Source: an uncultured bacterium (GTDB taxonomy: Bacteria > UBA8481). Taken from it: a stretch of 64,000 nucleotides of DNA. A program made the translations under genes and the position numbers. Positions 47,160 to 56,533 of this stretch are shown piece after piece (the first letter of the stretch is position 1; every line of letters begins with the position of its first letter). The notes under the pieces were generated by a model. It had not been told where the DNA came from. It made no database searches and was given only the letters and a program-made list of their open reading frames with translations. The stretch is from NCBI GenBank assembly GCA_964499705.1, contig CAZCME010000023.1, positions 1 through 64,000 on the forward strand. Direction: 5' to 3'.

Positions 47160-47948
47160 CTAACCCGCGAAAACTTCCCGATTCTTATGGAGCTTCGCCT
47201 TGAGGCGGAATATCGCTTTGGAATGGAGCTGCGAGACGCGGGACTCGGTGACACCGAGGACGAGGCCGATTTCCTTCAGCGTCAATTCCTCGTAGTAATA
47301 GAGCGCGATCACTTCCTTTTCGCGCGGCGGAAGAGCCTTGATCGCCTCGATGAGCGTCTGCTTCACTTCCTCGCGCTCGATCTTGAAATTCGGATGATCC
47401 TTCTCGCTGCCTGCTATCGTGTCGCCGATCTGGATCTCGTCGTCGTCGGATCCGACATGCCAGACATCATCCAGCGAGATGACCGCGGTGCCCGATACAT
47501 CGGTCACGAGCTGGTCGAACTCGGACTGCGTGATGCCGAGCTCCTTCGCGACCTCGTCATCCGTCGCCGCGCGGCCCAGCTTGTTTTCGAGGTCGGCGTA
47601 GACCTGCTGGAGCTGGCGGGATTTCTGCCGGACGGAACGGGGAATCCAGTCCAGGGCGCGGAGCTCATCGATGATGCCGCCGCGGATTCTCGTCGTGGCA
47701 TAGGTCTTGAACTTGAATCCGCGCGATGGCTCGTATTTCTCGATCGCGTCGATGAGCCCGAATATGCCGTAGGAAACGAGATCGTCGAACTCGACCTGGG
47801 GCGGCATGTTCACCGCCATCCGGCCCGCGACGTATTTCACGAGAGGCGCATAGCGCTCGATCAGGCCGTTCCGGGCCTCGATGTCCCCCGAACTCTTGTA
47901 GAGGCTCCAGATGTCCTCGTCCGAGAGACTCTCCAGCGCTGATGCCAT
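47160..47948 (-). CDS. fliA: RNA polymerase sigma-28 (FliA/WhiG)
   Basis: YAPLVKYVAGR, GLIDAI, DELRALDWIPRSVR, LTLKEIG.VLGVTESRVSQLH. Confidence 0.97.
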   Translation of the reverse strand: MASALESLSDEDIWSLYKSSGDIEARNGLIERYAPLVKYVAGRMAVNMPPQVEFDDLVSYGIFGLIDAIEKYEPSRGFKFKTYATTRIRGGIIDELRALDWIPRSVRQKSRQLQQVYADLENKLGRAATDDEVAKELGITQSEFDQLVTDVSGTAVISLDDVWHVGSDDDEIQIGDTIAGSEKDHPNFKIEREEVKQTLIEAIKALPPREKEVIALYYYEELTLKEIGLVLGVTESRVSQLHSKAIFRLKAKLHKNREVFAG

Positions 47949-49048
47949 CAGACGACTCCTCCGAAGATCAAGTATGCCAGAATCAGCATGATTGTGAAGA
48001 TCCCCAGTGTCGCCAGGATGAAGGCGGGAGTCGATAGCGCCATGGGCTCGCGGGGCCCGTCCGCGGCGCCGCTTGATATCGCGGAGATCGCGCGCGCCGC
48101 CTGGACTTCCGGGACCTTGACGCGCAGATCGCCGAAGATGTTGGTTATGCCCACGACATTGGGAGCGAGGTTCACGCGAATCGTGATCCGGTCATGGACG
48201 CCCGGCGAGACATCGACCACGGTCCCCACGGCGGTCGGCTTTTCGCCGGAACCGCGGACCGAAAGGAGCTTGGATATATTCTGCTTCAGGGACGATTGTT
48301 CCTTGATCTCCACGATGATGTTCATGCCGGGTTTCAATTCCTTCGCCGCGATCCCCAGGACCGGCGATAGAATCGGCTCCACCCGCAGCACAACCTCCTG
48401 CATGACGAACTTCTGCGTTTCCCCCGCCGGTTGCTCCTCCACCGGAGCCGCCGCCTGCTGGGAAGTATCCTCGACGACTTCCTCGACGTGCTCCACCTCG
48501 ACTTCCATCAGGATGTCCGCGTCGGCAATCGCGCGGGAGAAGATCTCGATGAGGACGCGGCGAATCTCCTCCGGGTGCCCGGTCTTGATGTTCTCGCTGA
48601 TGGAGATCCCGGCGTCCTCCGACATCATCCGGCTGACATAAGACTGGATTTCCATGCTGAGCTGATGAGCGACCATGCCCTGGAGCTTGGCGCGGATGAT
48701 CGCATCTTCGAAGGCTTTCCATTCCTGCTTGATCTGGAACCGGAATTCCCCCTTCTCCGAGGCGATGATGACATGAAGCCGATGCTGGGACTGCGAATCG
48801 AGATCCATGAGGATGAGAAAGGTTCCTCGCACGCCGCTGTAGTCGCCGGCGAAGACGCCCTTCAGGGCGCAGAGTTTCTTTCGGGAAACCGGAGACTGTG
48901 TCGCCCGGGCTTGCGCAGGTGCTCCCGATCCAGAGGAGATCGCCTGAGACGCAGCCGCTTGTGGAGCGGCGACTTGAGGCGCGGCCGCTTGTGGCATCGC
49001 CACCTGCGGCGTGGACGCCTGCGATCCGGAGATGGGATTCCCGCTCAA
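47948..49048 (-). CDS. Hypothetical protein with PQ.AA low-complexity N-terminus and C-terminal TM
   Basis: GGAGG RBS, TTG start, TGATG coupling to fliA; PILSPVLG motif. Confidence 0.75.
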   Translation of the reverse strand: MSGNPISGSQASTPQVAMPQAAAPQVAAPQAAASQAISSGSGAPAQARATQSPVSRKKLCALKGVFAGDYSGVRGTFLILMDLDSQSQHRLHVIIASEKGEFRFQIKQEWKAFEDAIIRAKLQGMVAHQLSMEIQSYVSRMMSEDAGISISENIKTGHPEEIRRVLIEIFSRAIADADILMEVEVEHVEEVVEDTSQQAAAPVEEQPAGETQKFVMQEVVLRVEPILSPVLGIAAKELKPGMNIIVEIKEQSSLKQNISKLLSVRGSGEKPTAVGTVVDVSPGVHDRITIRVNLAPNVVGITNIFGDLRVKVPEVQAARAISAISSGAADGPREPMALSTPAFILATLGIFTIMLILAYLIFGGVV

Positions 49049-49162
49049 GTTTGTCCTCCGCCTGCTGAATTACGCATCTGCCGCCTCTTGCACGACACAT
49101 TATCATGAACTCGAATAATTCGAAAGCATTCTCGAAGCCCTTGTTGTGACCATTCTGACGCA

Positions 49163-50041
49163 TTAATCCACGACGAACTGACGGATCATATGGATCTTGG
49201 CCGGAATCTTCCGGGCAGCAATCAGTTCGGCGATCGCCTCCTCCTTGGACATTTGGGCCATCCTTGTCATTTCAACTTCCCAATACTCTATTTCGAATCG
49301 CGCACGCGTCGAGAGGGCCAACATGAAAGTTCGCAACTGCTTGCCAATTTCAATTTTCGAGATGTGTGCAAATCCTGCTACCACGTTTGATAATTGAGAT
49401 TGCAGATAAATGGCCTGCTTTCTCTCCGCGTGAGACACTTGTCGACTGACCTCCTCAGGAAAAGAAAACAGCGATTTCAAGCTCAATTCCGGCGTCTCCC
49501 TCACGCCGTGCATGAGAAGTATCCGGAGGTGCTCGAAGGATAACAGAGCCACCTTATGGTCCAGAGACTGAGCATATATTTGGCTTTCCTGGGATGGATA
49601 TTGATACAGCGGCGCGACCAAAGCGGCATGATCATGGTCGCCTCGCCATGTGGAAAGCGCCCCCACCTTGAAATCCTTCTGGTTTTTCGCGCTTCGACTC
49701 AACCTGAATACTTTCGAATCAGCCACAACGCTATAACCGTGCAAGCTGCTCTGCGCGACCACGTCCGCAGAATCGGACCGTTCCGCTACAACGCGCGATT
49801 TCAAACCCAGCTCCACAAAAAGTCGCGATACAACCGCGTCGCTGAGTTTCGCATAGAGTTTCTCGGCCGATGAATCATGCGGTATGCTCTCGGGTATGAC
49901 ATGAATTTCCGAAACGACCTCCCCCAAGTCATCCCCTTCTAGTTCAGAGGCTGTTTGACATATTTCGCGCACCTGCATTTCGAACTCGTTACCTGCTTCG
50001 GATATTTCGTAAAACCGCCGCATGAGGTCAGCGTAATTCAC
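49163..50041 (-). CDS. HindIII-family type II restriction endonuclease
   Basis: IPESIPHDSSAEKLYAK, ADV.A, ADSKVFRLSRSAKNQKDFKV, PLYQYP..SQIY match HindIII-type enzymes. Confidence 0.88.
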   Translation of the reverse strand: MNYADLMRRFYEISEAGNEFEMQVREICQTASELEGDDLGEVVSEIHVIPESIPHDSSAEKLYAKLSDAVVSRLFVELGLKSRVVAERSDSADVVAQSSLHGYSVVADSKVFRLSRSAKNQKDFKVGALSTWRGDHDHAALVAPLYQYPSQESQIYAQSLDHKVALLSFEHLRILLMHGVRETPELSLKSLFSFPEEVSRQVSHAERKQAIYLQSQLSNVVAGFAHISKIEIGKQLRTFMLALSTRARFEIEYWEVEMTRMAQMSKEEAIAELIAARKIPAKIHMIRQFVVD

Positions 50042-50979
50042 GATGTTTCCTCAAGACACAATTGAACGGGATTGGCCATCCGCGATTTGATGGAATTGCA
50101 AAGGATGTCGCTCTGCTCGATAAGTATATACTTGCGATTGGTCAGCTTGGCGGCGACACCGGACGTGCCGCTGCCTGCAAACGGATCAAGAACAAGTTGA
50201 TGTGGGCGGGTCACCATTTCGATGAGCCCGCAGATGAGTCTGAGAGGTTTCTGAGCTTGATGAAGTCCCCGGTCTTCCGGACCATGATCGACCTCCAGCG
50301 CATTACTGGGAGAGCCGAACCACTTCACCAAGGCTTGTTCATTGTAAGCGCCGACTTCATGTTCGAGTAAATTGTCCGCGATCGTGATTCGATAGGACTT
50401 GAAGAACCAAAGTATCGGCTCGAAATTCGGCCTTAAATTCCCGAGCCTCCATCCCAGCCAATTTCTCGCCTGCTTCAGATCTTTTCGTTTTTCAAAAACT
50501 ATGTTGGCCCGTTGCGCCTTGTGAACAGCGCGCGGGCGATACCACGACAGCATATCCCGGAAATTAAACCCGGCTTCCTCCATCGCCACAATGCACCTGG
50601 CAGCATATCGACGTCCTGCGAAGACGATCGCGGAGCCGCCTGGCTTCAATACGCGGTGCCATTCAGCCGCCCATGTGGAAACCCATTCCTGGTATTCCCG
50701 GGGAATTTCCTTGTCCGCGTCGGACCAGCCGTTAATAGGTTTGCCGCGGCGGCGGAATACCTTTCCGGCAGTCCGTTGCGCGGGACTTTGCCCTAGAAGC
50801 GCGGAATTGGTATTCTTATGAAGAACATCCCACTCATCGAGCGCAATGCCGTAAGGAATATCGCTGATTATAAGGTGAATGGAATTCTCAGGAAATGTTT
50901 TCAGCACCTTCCTGCTGTCGCCGCATATTATTCTGTCAGTTGGGAGCGCCAGGCCATCGCGCACTTCAGTTCGCCGCAT
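50038..50979 (-). CDS. Beta-class N6-adenine DNA methyltransferase (M.HindIII-like)
   Basis: SDIPYGI motif IV, KPINGWS, H.AQKP, LDPFAGSGT motif I; GTGA overlap with the REase. Confidence 0.92.
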   Translation of the reverse strand: MRRTEVRDGLALPTDRIICGDSRKVLKTFPENSIHLIISDIPYGIALDEWDVLHKNTNSALLGQSPAQRTAGKVFRRRGKPINGWSDADKEIPREYQEWVSTWAAEWHRVLKPGGSAIVFAGRRYAARCIVAMEEAGFNFRDMLSWYRPRAVHKAQRANIVFEKRKDLKQARNWLGWRLGNLRPNFEPILWFFKSYRITIADNLLEHEVGAYNEQALVKWFGSPSNALEVDHGPEDRGLHQAQKPLRLICGLIEMVTRPHQLVLDPFAGSGTSGVAAKLTNRKYILIEQSDILCNSIKSRMANPVQLCLEETS

Positions 50980-50985
50980 GGTCGC

Positions 50986-51014
50986 ACGATACCTGCGTAA
51001 TCCCAGCCAGGCAA
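50986..51014 (-). promoter_or_regulatory. Sigma70 promoter giving a leaderless MTase transcript
   Basis: TTGCCT-17-TATCGT-6 nt-ATG, with no SD. Confidence 0.6.
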
Positions 51015-51039
51015 TCGAAGATATATTTCGAATTCGACA

Positions 51040-51474
51040 TCATCGATTATCCGATTCCGAAAGCTTTCTCAATGCCTCGGCCAGTTCTTCCGGAGGCCTT
51101 CCTGTGAGCCCTGTCGCTTCCGGACGGTCCATCTCCGGGAGTTCCGATTCCAGCGACGTCAATTGCTCCGGCCGCAGCGCCCTGGCCTCCTGCATGACGT
51201 CGTGGGAACTCATCGGCATCTCCCCGCTGGGGAGCAACAGCGCCTGCAGAACCTTGATGCCGCCCAGTCCGGCCACGTACGTGCCCAGGAACCAGATGAG
51301 GGCCTCGATAAATTTCCGGTTCGGCGAGAGGTCCCCGAGGCGCCAGAACCGGAGGATCGCCACCGCGACCGCGAAGAAGAAGAGGAGAAGCAGAAGGACG
51401 AACATGATCTGTCCGGCTCGAGCCGAGCCCATGCGCGCGCGGGAAAGGCGGGCCTGTCCGCCGATGTTCGTCAT
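51040..51474 (-). CDS. Hypothetical two-TM protein with C-terminal PEELAEALRKL motif
   Basis: Two hydrophobic segments; ATGA overlap. Confidence 0.65.
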   Translation of the reverse strand: MTNIGGQARLSRARMGSARAGQIMFVLLLLLFFFAVAVAILRFWRLGDLSPNRKFIEALIWFLGTYVAGLGGIKVLQALLLPSGEMPMSSHDVMQEARALRPEQLTSLESELPEMDRPEATGLTGRPPEELAEALRKLSESDNR

Positions 51475-51926
51475 GAATCCCCCGGTTCGGACCGCACTAG
51501 TTCAGGATGTGTCGCGAGTCTTTCATCATGCCGTCCGGGCAAGGTCATGACTTTTTCAAGCCAGGCTTTTCGCGCCAGCGGAGCGGCCGCATGGGAATCG
51601 ACCTTGTAGGTGAACTGTCCTGTGGCGGCGCTGGCATCCGAGACGGACGAAACTTTTTCCAGCGCGGAGCTTGGCGCCGGATCCGCGGCGGACGACCTCC
51701 TTCGACCGCCCTTTCTGGTCGTCGATTTCGGCTGAAGCGCCTCGACACGCACCCCGTAGGCCGCCGCCAGGTCACGGTAACGCATGACGCACGCAGGGTC
51801 GCCGCTCGCAGCCAGGCGCGCGGCTTTCTCCAGACGCCTGCGGGGCCAGGGAAGCAATTCGTTCAGCTGAAGAGTCTCTCGAACCAGGATCTCAACCTCC
51901 TCACTCCCGTCTTCGCATCGTCGCAT
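51471..51926 (-). CDS. Hypothetical protein; start uncertain
   Basis: ORF fills the gap between flhG and the next gene, with an ATGA overlap downstream. Confidence 0.45.
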   Translation of the reverse strand: MRRCEDGSEEVEILVRETLQLNELLPWPRRRLEKAARLAASGDPACVMRYRDLAAAYGVRVEALQPKSTTRKGGRRRSSAADPAPSSALEKVSSVSDASAATGQFTYKVDSHAAAPLARKAWLEKVMTLPGRHDERLATHPELVRSEPGDS

Positions 51927-52828
51927 TGAAATGCGGACGCATCCGGCACGCCTTCATCCCGGTCGGCCAGTTCCGCTTCCTTCTCGATCCGGGCGGCCAT
52001 GCGCGCTATGGAACGCGCGGCTTTCGAAGCGCGGTCGACCGCGGAAAATGGCGCCCGCTTCCGCACCGCCCGTTGCACGGCGGGATCTTCCAGGAGAAAA
52101 CCGATCCACTCCACATCCCGTCGCAGGTACTGCCGCGCCAGCGCCTGCATCTTTTCCGCGATGAGCCGCGCTTCCCCCACCGATGCCGCGCGATTGACAG
52201 CCAGGGAGAGCCGGCCGGAATAGTTTCGTTCCGTCAGAGCCTTGATCATGCCGTAGGCATCCGCCATCGACGGAGGCTCCGGCGTCAGCACGATTATAGC
52301 CTCGTCCGACCGCTCCAGAAATGACAAAACATTCGCGGATATGCCGGCGCCGGTGTCGACGACGAGATAATCGAGCTCCTTCTGGATGCCTGCAAGGGCC
52401 GTCAATAGGCGCTGGCGCTGCTCCGTCGTCAGGTTCGCCATCTCCGAGAGTCCGTTGGATCCCGAGATGAGCTGCACGCCGCGCGGTCCGGGCGTCATGA
52501 TCTCGTCGATGGTCCGCACACGCGTCAGGACATGGCCAAGCGTGTATCGCGGATTCACGCCGGCGAGGATGTGCGCGTTCGCCATGCCGAGATCCGCGTC
52601 GAAGAGACACGTCGACCGCCCGCGACCGGAGAGCTCGATCGCCAGGTTCAGAGCGATGTTGCTCTTGCCCACGCCCCCTTTGCCGCTGGCGACGGCGATG
52701 ATCCGTTCCGGCCGTCTTCCGGGCCGGGACTGGCCTGCCGTGACCAGGCGAAGAGCGGCGGCCTGGTCGGATGACCCCCACGACTGGGGAGATCTCCGGG
52801 AGTGAGACGGGGAAGTTGGAGCCGCCAT
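51863..52828 (-). CDS. flhG: MinD/ParA-like flagellar number regulator FlhG/FleN
   Basis: SGKGGVGKS, DADLGMAN, DTGAGIS, TPEP..DAY; follows flhF. Confidence 0.93.
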   Translation of the reverse strand: MAAPTSPSHSRRSPQSWGSSDQAAALRLVTAGQSRPGRRPERIIAVASGKGGVGKSNIALNLAIELSGRGRSTCLFDADLGMANAHILAGVNPRYTLGHVLTRVRTIDEIMTPGPRGVQLISGSNGLSEMANLTTEQRQRLLTALAGIQKELDYLVVDTGAGISANVLSFLERSDEAIIVLTPEPPSMADAYGMIKALTERNYSGRLSLAVNRAASVGEARLIAEKMQALARQYLRRDVEWIGFLLEDPAVQRAVRKRAPFSAVDRASKAARSIARMAARIEKEAELADRDEGVPDASAFQCDDAKTGVRRLRSWFERLFS

Positions 52829-54447
52829 CAGGAAAGCGACGGGGAGAGGGAAACGAACGAGTCACGATTTTCCCGCCCGCTCGCCTTTGCCGTCGGCTCC
52901 TGTTCCCTTGTCCGGAGTAGTGCCTCCGCGAATTTCATCGCTTCCGCCGGCTCGATATCGTCCGGAACGCTCTGCCCCGTCGTCCAGAAAGCCACGGGTA
53001 TTTTCGATTCGACGGCGGCCGCGAAGATGGAACCCCAGCAGGAAATCTCGTCGACTTTCGTGAAGACGAGCCGCACGCGGTCCGACAGGGCGAAGTTGCC
53101 GATCACCGTCTTGATTTCGCGCGGATCCGTCGCCGATGAGACGAGCAGCAGCAGCTCCGTCTCGATCCGCAAGTTGTCGAGGATCACTTTCAACTCCTGG
53201 ATCGCTTCCGCGTGATAAGGGCTCCGGCCCGCGGTATCGATGAGAATCACTTCCTTGTCGATGTGCCGCTCCACGGCGTCCGCCAGTTCTTCCGCCGACG
53301 CGGCTTCCTCGAAGGGAACGTTCAGGATGTCGCTATAGGTCCGGAGCTGTTCCGCCGCGGCGATGCGGTAACGGTCGAGCGTGATGAACGCGATCGACCT
53401 CGCCTCCTCGTCCGCGAAGAGCGCTCCGAGCTTGGCGAGCGTCGTCGTCTTTCCGACGCCCGTGGCGCCGACGCAGACGATGATGAGCGGGACATCGGGA
53501 TTGGGATCCAGCGGCGGCGCGATCCGCACCATCGTGGCGATCTCCTTGGCCACGCGCGCCCGCAGGACGGCGCTGTCGTCCAGTTCCCTCACATCCGTCC
53601 GCTGCGCGACCCGATCGACAATGGTCCAGGCCATTTCGTCCGGCACGCCGGAATCCTTCAGCCTCTGATGCATGGACTCCAGGATTCCTGAAAACCCATC
53701 CGCTTCGACGACGGGCGCAACAGCCGTCGAAATCTCGTCGAGGGGCGCCGCCGCCTGGTCCGAGTGATCCTCGCGCATCACCGGTGCCGGCTTCCGAGCA
53801 CGCCCGACGGAATTGTCCACGGAAGATGGAATGCGCGGCGCCGGAGCCTCGTTCTTCATGAACGCCTGCACGACAGCCTGCAGCTCCTGCATCTGGCTCC
53901 TCAAGTCATCCATCTCCATCCCGCGGTCTTCGTCATCCCCGGCCTCATCCTCCTCGACAAATGCGGCGGCTCGCACGGCGACCGGAAGCACCGGCTCACG
54001 GCGGACCGCGACACGGGATCGTTCGGGCACGCGCGCCTTGGACTGAATTGCGGGAAGTGTGTAGCCCGAGCGGTTTCGCCGGCCCGAAACGTCCTTCACG
54101 ATGAGATCGTCGTCGAATGCGCCGGAGGAATAATCGACAAGAGCCGGAAGAGCGGGCTCCTCCGAGATCCAGGATGATCCCGGGCGGCGGATCGCACCTT
54201 TTGCCGGCGCGCGTTTCACGAGCGCTCCCGGCAGGCGCGGCTCGACGCCCCGATTCCTGCCCATCCACGGTGGAAGTTTTTCGCCGACGACCTCCACGAA
54301 TTCCTTCGCGCCGATCCCGAAGAGCCCGCCGCGCTTGACCTTGTGATGCGAGATGAGAAGGGCGTCATGTCCAAGCTCCCGTTTCATCTCGATCATGGCC
54401 TGCGCCATCGTCCTCCCCCGGTACGTCTTTCTGCCTGTTATCTCCAC
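52828..54447 (-). CDS. flhF: Flagellar SRP-like GTPase FlhF
   Basis: G.TGVGKTTTLAKL, D.YRIAAAEQL, DTAGRS, TKVDE, GQSVPDDI. Confidence 0.95.
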   Translation of the reverse strand: MEITGRKTYRGRTMAQAMIEMKRELGHDALLISHHKVKRGGLFGIGAKEFVEVVGEKLPPWMGRNRGVEPRLPGALVKRAPAKGAIRRPGSSWISEEPALPALVDYSSGAFDDDLIVKDVSGRRNRSGYTLPAIQSKARVPERSRVAVRREPVLPVAVRAAAFVEEDEAGDDEDRGMEMDDLRSQMQELQAVVQAFMKNEAPAPRIPSSVDNSVGRARKPAPVMREDHSDQAAAPLDEISTAVAPVVEADGFSGILESMHQRLKDSGVPDEMAWTIVDRVAQRTDVRELDDSAVLRARVAKEIATMVRIAPPLDPNPDVPLIIVCVGATGVGKTTTLAKLGALFADEEARSIAFITLDRYRIAAAEQLRTYSDILNVPFEEAASAEELADAVERHIDKEVILIDTAGRSPYHAEAIQELKVILDNLRIETELLLLVSSATDPREIKTVIGNFALSDRVRLVFTKVDEISCWGSIFAAAVESKIPVAFWTTGQSVPDDIEPAEAMKFAEALLRTREQEPTAKASGRENRDSFVSLSPSLS

Positions 54448-54466
54448 TGCCGCCTCCTGATGTATC

Positions 54467-56530
54467 TCATGCCGTTACCGTTCCCAAAGTCCTGATTTCC
54501 ACATCTGAAATAATTTCGCTGAAGGAAAGCACCGCGAGCCTCGGCGCGGCGCGCTGCGTGATCGCCTTGAAGGCCGCGCGCGCGCGCGGCGAGGTCAGGA
54601 CAACGGGCGTGATGCCCGCCTGCATCGCCTTCTGGACCTCGCCGGAGAGCCTTTCCAGGATCCGCTGTATCCGGCTCGGCTCCATGCTGATCATCTTCCC
54701 TTCCGACGTCACATCGACGCCCGCCGCGATTTCCTCCTCGACGCGCGGATCGAGCGTGATGACCGAGAGCGAACCGTCCTCGCCGAGGTATTGCTTCGTG
54801 ATGTGGCGTGCGAGCGACGCGCGCACCGTTTCCGTCAACCGGTCGAGGTCCTTGCCGTAGGACGCCGCGCGATCCGCGATCGTCTCCAGGATCGTCACCA
54901 TGTCCCGGATGGAGACGCCTTCGCGGAGAATATTCTGGAGCACCTTGTGGATCTCGCCGACGGAAAGCGCCTTCGTCGCGTCCTCCACGAGGGCGGGATA
55001 CGTCTTCTTGATCTCGTCGAGGACCTGTTGCGTCTCCTGGCGGCCGAGAATCTCATGCGCGTGCGCCTTCAGCACCTCGGTCAGGTGCGTCGCGATGACC
55101 GACGGCGGGTCGACGACCGTGAATCCGGACAGCTCCGCCTTTTCCCTGTCCCGCTCGCGGATCCAGACGGCCGGCAGTCCAAACGCCGGTTCCTTCGTCG
55201 TCTCCCCCGCCAGTTCCACCGTCGCCGTGCCGGGATTCATGGCGAGAAAGTGGTCGACCTTGACGGTCGACGACGCCACTTCCACGCCCTTGATCTTCAC
55301 GGCGTACTGCGCGGGCCTCAACTGCATGTTGTCGCGGATCCGGATCGGAGGAACGATCAGCCCCATCTCCAGCGCCATCTGCCTCCGGATCATCGTGATC
55401 CGCTCCAGCAGGTCTCCTCCCTGTTCCGGATCCACAAGCGGTATCAACTGGTACCCGATCTCCACCTCCAGGGGATCGACGGCAAGAAGGGAGGCGACGT
55501 TCTCCGGCTTCCGGGCCTTCGCGTCTTCCGTCTTCTTCTTCTCCTTCTCCTCCTTCGTCAGATCCTGCTTCACGTTCATGAGAACAAAGGAGAGGTATCC
55601 GGTGAGGCCGCTGAAGACGAGCATGGGCCAGCCCAGTTGCAGGCCGAGAAAGCCCAGGACGCCGGAGGTGATCATGAGCGCGCGCGGCTGGATGGTGAGC
55701 TGGGAGATCACATCCTTGCCGAGGTTGTCCTCGGACGCGGCGCGGGTCACGATGAGGCCGGTTGCCATGGAGATGAGAAGCGACGGAATGGCCGCGACGA
55801 GCCCGTCGCCGATCGTCAGGAGCGTGTACTGCTGCGCGGCCTCCTGCCAGGGTTCGCCTTTCATCAGGACGCCGATCGCGAAACCGCCCGCGATGTTGAT
55901 GCCCGCGATGATCATCCCCGCGATGACGTCCCCCTGGACGAACTTCGACGCACCGTCCATCGCGCCATAGAAGTCCGCCTCCTTCCTGATCTCCTGACGC
56001 CGCTCGATGGCTTCCTTTTCCGTGATGATGCCGGAGTTCAGATCGGCGTCGATCGCCATCTGCTTGCCGGGCATCGCATCGAGCGTGAACCGGGCGGAGA
56101 CTTCCGCGATCCGGGTCGCGCCTTTGACGATGACCATGAACTGGATGACCATGAGGATGAGGAAGACGACGATGCCGATGATGTAGTTTCCCGCGATGAC
56201 GATCTCCCCGAAGAACCGGATGATGATTCCGTCGAAGGCCGTGCCCTGGGAAAGAATGAGCCTCGTGGAGGACACGTTGAGGGAGAGGCGGAATACGGTC
56301 GTCAGCAGCAGGAGCGACGGAAACGCCGAGAAATCGGTGGCCTTCACCGTGTACATGACCGACAGGAGAATCACGATGGAGACGGTGATCGAGAGCGCCA
56401 TGCCGATATCGAGCAGGAACGTCGGTATCGGGATCACCATCATGATGATCACCGTGGCCACGCCGATCGCCATGAGCGCATCGGCGTTCTTGAGGAAATT
56501 CTCGGGCAGGGCCGATGGGGTTTTAGCCAT
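54467..56530 (-). CDS. flhA: Flagellar export protein FlhA
   Basis: FPSLLL.TT, RIAEVSARFTLDAMPGKQMAIDADL, FYGAMDGASKFV.GD. Confidence 0.98.
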   Translation of the reverse strand: MAKTPSALPENFLKNADALMAIGVATVIIMMVIPIPTFLLDIGMALSITVSIVILLSVMYTVKATDFSAFPSLLLLTTVFRLSLNVSSTRLILSQGTAFDGIIIRFFGEIVIAGNYIIGIVVFLILMVIQFMVIVKGATRIAEVSARFTLDAMPGKQMAIDADLNSGIITEKEAIERRQEIRKEADFYGAMDGASKFVQGDVIAGMIIAGINIAGGFAIGVLMKGEPWQEAAQQYTLLTIGDGLVAAIPSLLISMATGLIVTRAASEDNLGKDVISQLTIQPRALMITSGVLGFLGLQLGWPMLVFSGLTGYLSFVLMNVKQDLTKEEKEKKKTEDAKARKPENVASLLAVDPLEVEIGYQLIPLVDPEQGGDLLERITMIRRQMALEMGLIVPPIRIRDNMQLRPAQYAVKIKGVEVASSTVKVDHFLAMNPGTATVELAGETTKEPAFGLPAVWIRERDREKAELSGFTVVDPPSVIATHLTEVLKAHAHEILGRQETQQVLDEIKKTYPALVEDATKALSVGEIHKVLQNILREGVSIRDMVTILETIADRAASYGKDLDRLTETVRASLARHITKQYLGEDGSLSVITLDPRVEEEIAAGVDVTSEGKMISMEPSRIQRILERLSGEVQKAMQAGITPVVLTSPRARAAFKAITQRAAPRLAVLSFSEIISDVEIRTLGTVTA

Positions 56531-56533
56531 GAT

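Noticed and set aside
3350-49000. tRNA-anchored genomic island or prophage
   Set aside because: No integrase, phage genes or direct att repeat found; composition is mostly similar to the core flagellar genes.
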